From: Chloropicon primus
Taxonomy: Eukaryota
Length of the DNA stretch: 64,000 nt
Assembly: GCA_023205875.1 (NCBI GenBank)
Contig: CP060769.1
Location: forward strand, 372,001 to 436,000
Direction: 5' to 3'
Within the stretch, counting starts at the first letter, position 1, and every line of letters starts with the position of its first letter. A model generated the notes under the pieces. The model saw only the letters and a program-made list of their open reading frames with translations, was not told where the DNA came from and searched no databases. Below, one piece after another: positions 1 to 9,697 of the stretch. Both the position numbers and the translations under genes were made by a program.

Positions 1-419
1 GCGATCAGCTTCAAGATGCCTTGGGACCTCAACTCCTTCTTGAGATACTCCAACGAAGCCTGGTACGCTTCCAGGCAAAGGCCTCGCCTCTGATGTGGTT
101 TCCGTATCACCACACCCCACTCCGCCTCCCCGGACTTGTACTCGATCGTCCGAAACCCAGAAGTCCCGACCAACTCCCCCGTCTCCCGGTCGACCAGGTC
201 GAGAAACATGCTCCGCCCCTCTTGATACTCCAGGCGGTGGAAGTTCCTTCGCTTCTTCATGGCTTCGGGCTTCATGGGGCACAAGAATGGCAACCAAGGG
301 AGCATCGTGGACTCGTCGTTATACAATTCCAAGACTTGCTCGTCCCTAACCTCCTCCGGTGGCAGCATTACCAGCCGCGGGGTGTTCAAGGCAAACCCCT
401 CTTTCGTTGCCCCAGCCAT
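1..419 (-). CDS. GNAT acetyltransferase, RimJ/RimL-like (runs off the window edge; not in the ORF track)
   Basis: Manual translation from the ATG at 419 gives MAGATKEGFALNTPRLVMLPP...DRETGELVGTSGFRTIEYKSGEAEWGVVIRKPHQRRGLCLEAY. The TPRL start, GxxG strand, E-W-G and Q-R-R-G acetyl-CoA loop are typical of Acetyltransf_3 proteins. Confidence 0.8.
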   Translation of the reverse strand, partial: MAGATKEGFALNTPRLVMLPPEEVRDEQVLELYNDESTMLPWLPFLCPMKPEAMKKRRNFHRLEYQEGRSMFLDLVDRETGELVGTSGFRTIEYKSGEAEWGVVIRKPHQRRGLCLEAYQASLEYLKKELRSQGILKLI

Positions 420-468
420 ACTGCAAACGCTTCCCGGGACCCCGACCAGCGATTGGCACCAATGCCAA

Positions 469-817
469 CAAACCTTCGTTCCTTTTCGTAATCTCCACCA
501 AACGGACCGATGCCGGGGTCCACAGAAAGATACGAGTCTCCTTCGTCCAGCTATACCTCCTTAGTCCCCTTCCCTTCCCCCCTCCCTCCGCGATTCTCCC
601 TCCAAACTCCCTCCTCCGCCTCTTCTCCTCCACTTTCTCGTCCAGTCAAACCTTCGTTCCTTTTCGTAATCTCCACCAAATGGACCGATGCCGGGGTCCA
701 CAGAAAGATACGAGTCTCCTTCGTCCAGCTATACCTCCCTCGTCCCCTTCCCTTCCCCCCTACATCCGCAATTCTCCCTCCAAACTCCCTCCTCCGCCTC
801 TTCTCCTCCACTTTCTC
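469..817. repeat. Tandem duplication with 178-bp period in a divergent promoter
   Basis: caaaccttcgttccttttcgtaatctccacc... starts at 469 and again at 647; the copies are near-identical. Confidence 0.95.
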
Positions 818-859
818 ACTCCCAGGGACAAGCGGAGAAGCAGAGCGTTACTCGATGCG

Positions 860-1208
860 ATGAGTCGCCGGAGTTTGAGCAGTGACCTTGAGGTGGAGGG
901 GTTCCTGGAGCGGGAGTTCTTGGAGAAGAGGATCGGACCACCGGTAGCGACGAGCGGCAGGACGCATGCTCATCCCTCGTTGGACAACCAGATCCGTTCT
1001 CCTGTGAGTTTGCGAAGCTGCTCTTTCGGAAAGGAAGCCAAGGAGGCTGTCCGAGCACTCTGTGACAGAAAGAATAAGGACAACATGACGGGAAGGAAAG
1101 GAACTACGGCTAGAAACGTCACGGCATGCGAAGAGAAAACACCCACAGAGGTAAAGAATCCACTTCTTTTGTCCAGTTTCCTTGAGATGCTCGGCATGTA
1201 CTGACCAG

Positions 1209-1243
<35 letters not shown>

Positions 1244-2141
1244 TGTGTGTCATGCTGGTCTGATAGCTCAACGTGAGTCCGTTGGTGAACTTGGGAAGCA
1301 GGTCGTATAGAACGGATCCAAAGCAGGTGATAAGGGCGCTTGCATCGAGGTCGGAGTGCACGGATGACGAGACCACGAGCCCGACGGGCAGCACCAGCGC
1401 GAGTCCCCGGACCACGGCGAGGAAGCACTTTGTCTTCAAAGGCAAAGGAGGGAAGAAGAAGGGGGAGAGGGGGAAGAAGAGGAAGAGCAACAGGAACAGC
1501 ATCGAAGTTGCCCTTTCCACCACGCCGAACAAAAAGCGACCAGCCGGCGAAAGCGAAGGGGAGGAGAACGACTGGGACCGCGCCGAGGAGATGCGAGGGG
1601 CACCTCCGCGAGGGGAGTCCTCGCTCCTGGGCGCGATGTTTTCGCTGGCAGCGCTGGCAGGAATGGTGGCGCTTGCTCTCAACCAGGACGCTGGCTTTCT
1701 GAAGCATCTCTCCAGCGCCAACCAAGTCTCCCCAACGCACTCGGCCTCAAACGACCTTTGCGCAGTATCCGATATTGATTGGGTGAGCATGAGAGGGCAC
1801 TTGGAGCCCGTGGCGTCTGCCCTCCTGGGGCAAGCCTACAACTTGTTCCAGGAGCTTCTGCTGCCGCAAACCATCTCGATGCTCCTTCTCTACGCTCTTT
1901 GGTAAGTGAACCACGGCAACCACAACCAAATAATCGGTAACGGCCAGAGCTTTGATTGACAACTCTTTCTCTTTCCTCCAGGAATCTGTGTTGCTTCAAG
2001 GTCCAGCAGGCTTCTAGCAGTGGAGGCTTGTCCCTCCTCACCCTCCTTGTCGACGTGCTGGTGTTTGCCCTGGTGATGTACGTGCTTTATGTCGCGTACG
2101 TCTTGATGCAGTTTGTGGAGACGGAGACGGTCGTCTCGTGA
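860..2141 (+). CDS. Hypothetical membrane protein, 3 exons
   Basis: ATG at 860. Introns 1151-1266 (GTAAAG..TGATAG) and 1902-1981 (GTAAGT..CCTCCAG) join ORFs 359/1273/1956 in frame. Hydrophobic segments lie in the C-terminal half. Confidence 0.55.
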
Positions 2142-2249
2142 GGGAAGTCGTGTCTATCACTCCCGTCCACCAGGGAGAAGACGACCAAGGGGTTGGGGGA
2201 GCGTTAACCGAACCAAGTGACAAGGTTTTTTTTTAAATACACACATCAG

Positions 2250-3185
2250 TTACAAATACGCGCGACACTGCTCCTCGAGGATGTCCCACAACCTGTCCTG
2301 ACTCTCCGGTGGCCGGGCAGCTTCCGGCGGGCTGCGAGGGAAGGGGTAAGAAAACCGATGCGAGGTCAGCGCACGGCCAGGTATTGGCATTCCAATCAAT
2401 CTATCAATCAATCAATCGATCGGTACCACTCACCTGTAGATCTTGTTATCGACGTAATACTTGCCCGAAGTCAGAGACTTGGATATCCCCGTTGGGGCTT
2501 GCTCCGTCGCTAGCTTGAAGGTGTTGTCCGCGGTGGAGAGCGGGACCCCGCGCATGGCCCAGCCCTGTCGAAGCATCCTCGTGTCTACCGTTCCCGGATC
2601 AAGCGTGTTCGTCTTCAAAGTCGGGTAGCCCATCCCTGGCAACTTCCTGTGCAACGAGAACGTAAACATGATATCCAGGAGCTTGCTCAGACTGTACGCC
2701 TTGTGATTGCTGTACGAGCCTCGCTCCAACTGCAAATCATCCCAAGGAACGCGTCCGGACGCGCTCAGGGACGCCGTGGTGATGATGTGCCCATTCTCCT
2801 TCATCCTCGGCAGCAGCAACCGCGTCAGAAGATACGGAGCCAAGACGTTCGTGGCATACGTCAGCTCAAACCCATCGTGAGACACCTGCCTCTCTTCCTG
2901 GGCGAAAACTCCAGCGTTGTTAATGAGAACATCCAATCCATCGACGCTTTCCTTCACTTGATCCGCCAACCCTTTCACCTGACTGAGGTCACTGAGGTCT
3001 CCAGTCACGAGAGAGAGGTTTTCCCTCCTCGCTCCCTTCACCCCCGCGCACTCCTCCAGCGCCTTGCTGCCTGACGAGGTGCTCCTGGCATGAAGGACCA
3101 CGTGGTGGTGACCCGTCTGGGCCAACCTCATGGCCGTGTGCAAGCCGATACCTTGCGTCGCCCCCGTCACCAGCACCGTCTTCAT
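2250..3185 (-). CDS. Short-chain dehydrogenase/reductase (retinol dehydrogenase-like), 2 exons
   Basis: TGATQGIG, LINNAG and AYSLSK (YxxxK) motifs. An intron at ~2332-2433 adds the C-terminal exon PPEAARPPESQDRLWDILEEQCRAYL*. Confidence 0.9.
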
Positions 3186-3693
3186 CTCGCTGCTTCTCTC
3201 CCTGCTCTCTCTGTTTCGTCGAGCTCAAATCCTCACCACCGAGTCGTTTCTTTCGCGCGACGGCTCTTTCGAAAGAGAAAGAGAAGACGCTTGCTTCTGT
3301 CCTGTCCCCCGCCCCTCTCTTTCTCCGCCGCGCGCTCCCGTCCTCTTCGTTTCCTCTCTCTCTCGTGCCTCGATCGCCCTCGTGCTCGCCCGTTATGATA
3401 TGCAATTTTTTCCCACCAAAAATCGACAGAGAGCGAACGCAGCCCAGAGAAGGAAGGAAGGAAGGTGAGTCACTTCGCGAAGGCGTGGGAGACGAATACG
3501 GCGTCGAGTGAGTCGGAGGTTTGGACCGATCGAAGCATCTCTTCTCCAGCTTTCCAATGACCGGTCATTTGAAAGAAATGAACGCGTTCTTGAGGATGAA
3601 AAAGGACTGAAGAGGTTTCTTGCTCCTTGCTCTTGTCCGTGCCATGCCATGCCATGTGTTGCGTTGGGAAAGGGGAAGTTCACTTTCTCGGTG

Positions 3694-4431
3694 ATGGAGA
3701 AGGTTCCGCTTCACGTGGAGGTTCGCTTGAAGCCAGAATCTCTCGGCTGCACCAAGTCGAGCCTCCATGAGCACGTGTCTTTGCTCTTGAAGAGTTTGCA
3801 GGAGATCAAGACTGGCGTAGTGAATTTTGGTTTGGCGAAAGATGATTACCTTGACGCTCACGTGGAGAGGATCTTCGTGTGTGAAAGGGAGAGGAGCGAC
3901 GGCGAGGAGGACGGCGACGAAGGATCGCGGCTTCCTCTTCTATTCTGGCAAGTGGACCTGGTGGTTCACGAGTACCAGTTGAGTCTGGATGAGCCTTGTG
4001 AGGAGGTGGATGGAGACGAGGACATCGCGAGCTTCACGGAGTATTATCTTCCATCGGTGCATTTCGAGGGGCTCTGGGAGTCTCTGATGTTCGAGGAGGG
4101 GGGAGGGGTCGGGGGTCTTGGGGTGAAGAGGCAGCTGATGAATTACAGCAGGAGCGCGCTGCTCTTCAGTGCTCTTGGTGTGGATCACAACGTGATCGCT
4201 TGGAACAGGCTGATCCTGCTTCACGGGCCGCCTGGGACCGGAAAGACGAGCTTGTGCAAGGCTCTGGCCCACAAGCTCTCCGTGAGGCACTTTTCTGCAA
4301 CTTTCGAGAAGACGTCTCCGGAGGAGCAGGGCGACTATCCCTCCGGCTTCCGGGGCGAAGTCAACTTCTCCAAGCTGATAGAGATCAACGCGCACTCCCT
4401 CTTCAGCAAGTGGTTCAGCGAGAGGTGGGTC

Positions 4432-4500
<69 letters not shown>

Positions 4501-5335
4501 TGTGTGCTTGTTCTTGCATTTAAGGGCGAAGACTGACCTGGCCATCGTTCCTCACCTTCTACCATCATCTCGTGCAGCGGGAAGCTGGTTTCCAAGCTGT
4601 TCCAGCAGATCAGGGACCTGGCGGAGCTCGCGCTGGATCTGGACTCGGGGGGACAAAAGAGCCTCGTCTTCGTCCTGATCGACGAGGTCGAGTCTCTGGC
4701 AGTGGCGAGGAAGCAGAGCATCGAGGGCGGAGAGCCGTCGGACGGGATTCGGGCTGTCAACGCCCTGCTCACTCAGCTCGACCAGCTCAGGCAGTACCCC
4801 AACGTCTACGTCATGGTGCGTTTTGCTCTTGTTTTTGCGCTCTTGCTCGATCTCGTAGCACGGATTCGAACTGACACCCAGGCCCTCTCTTTCGCTGCGT
4901 CGCCTCCAGTGCACTTCGAACGTCAGCGACGCCATCGACGAGGCCTTCCTGGACCGGGCCGATCTCAAGATTCACTTGGGGAACCCTAGCGTCAGCGCCC
5001 GGTACAGCATCCTGGGCCAGGGCCTGAACGAGATGCGCAGGGTGGGCCTGATCTCGGACGCGGGCGTCCGGGCCCTGGAGGAGGTTCCAAAGGAGGTTCG
5101 GGAGGAGTGGGGCAAGGGCTGCGATTCTGATGGAGGCTACACCGACGAGGAGCTGCTCTGGAAGGTCTGCGCGAGCCTCGAGGACGAGAGCGGGAGGCAG
5201 CTCAGGAAGCTCCCCTTCCTTTGCTTCTCCAAGTGCGTCCGGGGGACCTCCTGCAGGCTGCGGGACTTCCTCCGCTCCCTGCTGGGCATGGCAGCGACGA
5301 CGGCGAGTCCCCGCGGAGAGAGAATGCAGGAGTGA
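3694..5335 (+). CDS. PCH2: Pachytene checkpoint protein 2 / TRIP13 AAA+ ATPase, 3 exons
   Basis: [71 protein letters not shown] and [10 protein letters not shown]. Introns at ~4425-4578 and ~4817-4909. Confidence 0.92.
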
Positions 5336-5804
5336 GGGCGAGAGGCTTGCGGCGAGGGCGTGCAAAGACGACGAAGGACGACTCTTTTTCTTTTTTGTTT
5401 CTTTCTTCTAACGACTAATAAAGACGGTAGTCTCTTGGCGGGGGCCAGAGACCCTTCTTCAGTAGTGTGTGTACAGTAGCAGTGTAACCATCACCCGAGA
5501 ACCAGCGGAACTTCTTGAAAGGCTTTGGCCTAGGCAAGATCTCCTTCAAATGAATTCTGGTCTCGAGTCGTCCAGTCCCTCCACCTCTTCCCCTCCTCGT
5601 GTGAGGCTGGCCATGTCCATGACCAATTCCTACTCCTACTCCTACTCCTGCTAATGATGATGATGGTCCCACAATGGACCGTTACACCCCAGCACCGCCA
5701 TCCTCGACCCCCTTGGCCCTTCCCAACTGGAATTCAAGTTCGTTCGTTTCGTTTCCCTCCTCACTCATTTGATCCTCATCAGTGTGGTAGGGCAGCCACA
5801 CACC

Positions 5805-6780
5805 ATCCTCATCCAACATCACCCATTATCCATCGACCTTGGCCTCCTCCTCCTCCTCCTCCTCCTCCTCCTCCTTTCCTCATCCATCATCATCCATCGA
5901 CCTTGGCCCCCTCTTCCTCCTCCTCTTCATCACCACCATCACCCATTATCCATCGACCTTGGCCTCCTCCTCCTCCTCCTCCTCCTCTTCATCACCACCA
6001 TCACCCATCGACCTTGGCCTCCTCCTCCTCATCATCATCATCATCACCACCATCACCCATCGACCTTGGCCTCCTCTTCCTCCGTCTTGGTTTCTCCTCC
6101 TCTTCATCACCACCATCACCCATCGACCTTGGCCTCCTCCTCCTCCTCGTTTCCTCATCCATCGACCTTGGCCTCCTCCTCCTCCTCCTCCTCTTCATCA
6201 CCACCATCACCCATCGACCTTGGCCTCCTCCTCCTCCTCCTCCTCTTCATCACCACCATCACCCATCGACCTTGGCCTCCTCCTCCTCCTCCTCCTCTTC
6301 ATCACCACCATCACCCATCGACCTTGGCCTCCTCCTCCTCCTCCTCGTTTCCTCATCCATCGACCTTGGCCTCCTCCTCCTCCTCCTCATCACCACCATC
6401 ACCCATCGACCTTGGCCTCCTCCTCCTCCTCCTCCTCTTCATCACCACCATCACCCATCGACCTTGGCCTCCTCCTCCTCCTCCTCGTTTCCTCATCCAT
6501 CGACCTTGGCCTCCTCCTCCTCCTCCTCTTCATCACCACCATCACCCATCGACCTTGGCCTCCTCCTCCTCCTCCTCCTCTTCATCACCACCATCACCCA
6601 TCGACCTTGGCCTCCTCCTCCTCCTCCTCGTTTCCTCATCCATCGACCTTGGCCTCCTCCTCCTCCTCCTCCTCTTCATCACCACCATCACCCATCGACC
6701 TTGGCCTCCTCCTCCTCCTCCTCTTCATCACCACCATCACCCATCGACCTTGGCCTCCTCTTCCTCCTCCTCATCATCCG
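5805..6780. repeat. Pyrimidine-rich minisatellite, about 19 units anchored on CATCGACCTTGG(C)(CTC)n
   Basis: Two unit types, ending TTCATCACCACCATCACC (~46-52 bp) or GTTTCCTCATC (~39-42 bp), with variable CTC copy number. Confidence 0.92.
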
Positions 6781-6844
6781 GCTCTTCCTTCTCTTCTTGC
6801 TGCTCTCCTCGACATCAGATCAAAAACAGCACACAGAAAAGTCA

Positions 6845-7098
6845 CGAAAGGACGGTAGGGAAATCACAGTCAATACTGGAAGCACAAAGGCAAGTTCTCC
6901 TTTCCACTGAAAGAGAGAAACACGGGAGAACCGGCCCCTACTTACCTGTTAGTTTTCTGCAAAGGTCGTTTCACCGAGTTTGTAAGTTTCTCGGCAGGGT
7001 AATTCGGCCCTACCACGACCATTCCACCGTACATGAACGAATACTTCCGCCCACGCACGGCAGCCCGTACTAACAAACGTATGTGCAACCCTGAGGAG
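6845..7098 (-). ncRNA. Candidate Fanzor omegaRNA (guide scaffold) immediately downstream of the Fanzor stop codon
   Basis: Nested complementary segments at 6947-6953/7069-7075, 6964-6969/7015-7020, 6993-6999/7008-7014, 6974-6978/6990-6994, 6894-6900/6925-6931 and 6855-6861/6935-6941. The position matches where TnpB/Fanzor omegaRNAs lie. Ends are approximate. Confidence 0.6.
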
Positions 7099-9186
7099 TT
7101 ACACACTTTTTGGTTGACGCAAGTGCTTCAGGAGGACGTTGCGTGCCCCGTTCACATCCCGACCGCACTTGAAGCCACACTTCTGGCACTTGTACACCTC
7201 TGCTCCACCCAGGTTGTCCTTGATGTGTCCGCACCTGCCACAGGTCTTGGAGGTGTACTCCTCCGTCACGATCGCCAGCTCACTGCCGTGCAAGAGCACC
7301 TTGGAAGCCAAGAACGTTCTGAACGCATAGTGCCTCAACGTCAAGAGCGTGCGAGCCGTCTTCTTCCTGATCACTCGGCGTCTCCCGTTGTTGTTCTTCT
7401 TCGCCATGTCTTGGGACTTGAACTCCGGGAGGAGGATTGTGTCGAACCTCCTGCATAGATCGTTGGCTACCTTTTTGTGAAGCTCGTTCGTCAGACCTCG
7501 AAGTTTCTCCATGCAGGCGTATTGCTGTCTCTTCAAGTCGCGGCGGTCGAGGTAAGGGAGCTTCACCTTTGGGTCTTTGCGCTCGGAAATGATCTCATCA
7601 ATCCTCCAGCAGAGGTTGAACAGCCTCGCGAAGCCTCGCTCGCCCGTGGCATACTCCCCGACGCCTTCTTGCGGCGAGTACGACGTCTGAAAGGTCCTGA
7701 CTCCCGGATCCAGGGCGACAACCTTCCGCTTGTTCTCAGGCTTCAGGGGTGGCAGGCGATCCCATGGCGTCGCGATGGGAATGTGCATGTGGAACTGCCC
7801 AAGGCGATTTCTTGTGATCTTCACGGCACCCTCGATCTTGCCCCCGGGGATCTCCTCCGTCAAGTACAGGGGCCCGCCGGCCATCTTCTCCTTGAACACC
7901 TCCAGCTTGGTCCACTTGCGTCGTTTTTTGTGCTTCGTGTCATCCTTGTGCCTCGTTCTCGGTCTTTCGATCGTCTCCACGTTCTTTAAGTCTCTTGCAT
8001 TAATTTCAATGGTCCAAGAGCTCGGTTGCTGACGTTGACGATACTTGAGAACGAAGCGGTGCCCCTTCTCCTCGCCGCGCTCCTTCATCGCTTCCTGCTT
8101 CGCGGTGTTCGAATCCCATGCCTTGATGAGACTTCGCACGGCAGCTTGTCTGATGGCACAGGGGGTTTCCTTCAGCCAAGGATGCTTCTGATTTACAAAG
8201 GCCCCGCTAACGTAGTCCCGGTCCTTGGCCACTTCGGCGCGAAATCGTCTGCCTCCAATTTGGCTCTCGAGTCTCTTCTCTCTGGCCGCGAAAAGCTCTG
8301 CCTCCTGTTTTGTCCATGGCCGTGGAGAGCATTGGATTTCTTTCAGCTCTTTCTCCAGGCCCTCAAAGACCTCAGGGCCTCGAGGTTTGGCCGTCACAAA
8401 TCTGTCCAGCAGGACGGTCCAAACCAGCGGAAAACCCTCCTTCTTGACCGCCTCCAAACACTTGTTGTATGTGAAACGCGCAGCTCCCATCCAGTTGCAA
8501 AGTGTTCTCGCCTGCTCAGGGTTCAAGCGCATCCTAAGCTTCCTCGTCCGCATCACCGTTCGCTCCGACAATAGCTTGGAGGTCTTCAGTTTCTGCTCCC
8601 TCTTCCTTTTGGCGGGCGACTGCAATGTCTCGACGGATACCACAGAATCTTCTGGAAGGTTCAAGCACGACCTCCATCCCGTCTTCGGACACTTTACCTC
8701 TACAAGTTCTCTCTTGATCGATGAGAACCAGGTCTTCTTCACGCTGTCGTCCGCCAAGCCACCCGGCTGCTTCCCTGCTTTCTTCCCCCTCTTGTTCTTC
8801 TTCTTCTTACCCTTCTTCTTGTTCTTCTTCTTGCCCTTCTTGCGAGGCTTCTTGCGAGGCTTGCCTGACGAGCTCGAACTCTCACCCGCAGAGGCGTCCG
8901 CCTCCGGCGGACGCCCCTTCCGCTTCCCCCCCCGCTTCTTGCGAGGCGTGCTCGAACCCTCACCCGCAGAGGCGGGGTCGTCCGCGATAGGAAGCAGGCA
9001 CAACGCGTAGAGCCAGGCTAAACCCTGATTCCAGAACCGACGTAACGGCTCCGTCGTCGGAGACTCCTGCCCCGACTTCGAAGCGCCCTGAGCATGACTC
9101 TCGCCAGAGTGCGACCTCCTTGTGGAACTCGTCGAGCCACTCCCCTGCTTCTCCTTTTTCTTACGGCGCTTCCCTGATCGCGCCAT
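7099..9186 (-). CDS. Fanzor (eukaryotic TnpB homologue, Fanzor2/IS607-like) RNA-guided endonuclease, 695 aa, intronless
   Basis: MRTRKLRMRLNPEQARTLCNWMGAARFTYN (OrfB HTH/WED start), RuvC-I VVALDPGVRTF, DTILLPEF, rearranged RuvC-II VTEEYTSKTC, zinc finger CGRCG...CQKCG and RuvC-III RDVNGARN. The N-terminus is Lys-rich and NLS-like. Confidence 0.93.
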   Translation of the reverse strand: MARSGKRRKKKEKQGSGSTSSTRRSHSGESHAQGASKSGQESPTTEPLRRFWNQGLAWLYALCLLPIADDPASAGEGSSTPRKKRGGKRKGRPPEADASAGESSSSSGKPRKKPRKKGKKKNKKKGKKKKNKRGKKAGKQPGGLADDSVKKTWFSSIKRELVEVKCPKTGWRSCLNLPEDSVVSVETLQSPAKRKREQKLKTSKLLSERTVMRTRKLRMRLNPEQARTLCNWMGAARFTYNKCLEAVKKEGFPLVWTVLLDRFVTAKPRGPEVFEGLEKELKEIQCSPRPWTKQEAELFAAREKRLESQIGGRRFRAEVAKDRDYVSGAFVNQKHPWLKETPCAIRQAAVRSLIKAWDSNTAKQEAMKERGEEKGHRFVLKYRQRQQPSSWTIEINARDLKNVETIERPRTRHKDDTKHKKRRKWTKLEVFKEKMAGGPLYLTEEIPGGKIEGAVKITRNRLGQFHMHIPIATPWDRLPPLKPENKRKVVALDPGVRTFQTSYSPQEGVGEYATGERGFARLFNLCWRIDEIISERKDPKVKLPYLDRRDLKRQQYACMEKLRGLTNELHKKVANDLCRRFDTILLPEFKSQDMAKKNNNGRRRVIRKKTARTLLTLRHYAFRTFLASKVLLHGSELAIVTEEYTSKTCGRCGHIKDNLGGAEVYKCQKCGFKCGRDVNGARNVLLKHLRQPKSV

Positions 9187-9697
9187 GACCGGTAGGGTTT
9201 CACTCGCTGCCCTCCTCGTAACTCCTCGTAACTATAGATTTGCCTTGTCCAGCAAGTGAGAACACGAAAAAAACGCTTAGTGGGTTGTCCTTTGGGTGTG
9301 ACCAAACTGGTATACACTGGAATCCCACCAACAGGGGAAAACCTCCAACAGATCGTCCTATCGTCCCATTGGGTGGCTTATCCAGATTTCAGGATAAGGA
9401 TGAATCGATCCTCGTGGTCGTCAGAGATTCACAACAACCAGAGAGAGATCTTCGAAACCCAAACCCAAAACAAACCCCAGCGACAACGAAAAGGTGAGGG
9501 CAAGGGCGACTGCGAACAAGGGAACGACATCGGCATCGGCATCCTTCCCCTCTCTCCCTTTCGAACGACACCGCTCTCCAACGAAATGGTGGAGAGGACG
9601 CCATTTTATCCATATATCATCATCATCAATAACAACACCATGGACCTGACTGACTCTCTCTTTCTTTCTCTCGATTGTGTTCTTTTCTTTTTTGCAG

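Larger units (their letters stand above)
6845..9412 (-). mobile_element. Putative non-autonomous Fanzor-carrying element (IS607-derived type); boundaries uncertain
   Basis: Fanzor ORF, structured 3' region and hairpins at 9377-9412. No convincing TIR/TSD and no transposase or serine recombinase in the window. Confidence 0.4.

Noticed and set aside
5805..6780. CRISPR-like array next to a Cas12-related nuclease
   Set aside because: The constant part is only 12-13 bp and the intervening sequences are near-identical low-complexity tracts, not unique spacers.
5654..7073. Three long overlapping plus-strand ORFs (418, 434 and 339 aa) resembling Pro/His-rich wall proteins
   Set aside because: All three frames are open only because the C/T-rich repeat lacks stop codons. 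Many units are not multiples of 3, so the same peptides rotate through all frames; this is a minisatellite, not a gene.
6845..9412. IStron (group I intron carrying TnpB)
   Set aside because: No interrupted host gene flanks the element, and I could not identify group I core elements.
6800..9430. Terminal inverted repeats or a target-site duplication for the Fanzor element
   Set aside because: Only short or imperfect matches were found (gtcacgaaaggac versus gtcctttgggtgtgac; gaggagtta versus taactcctc). These are not distinguishable from chance.
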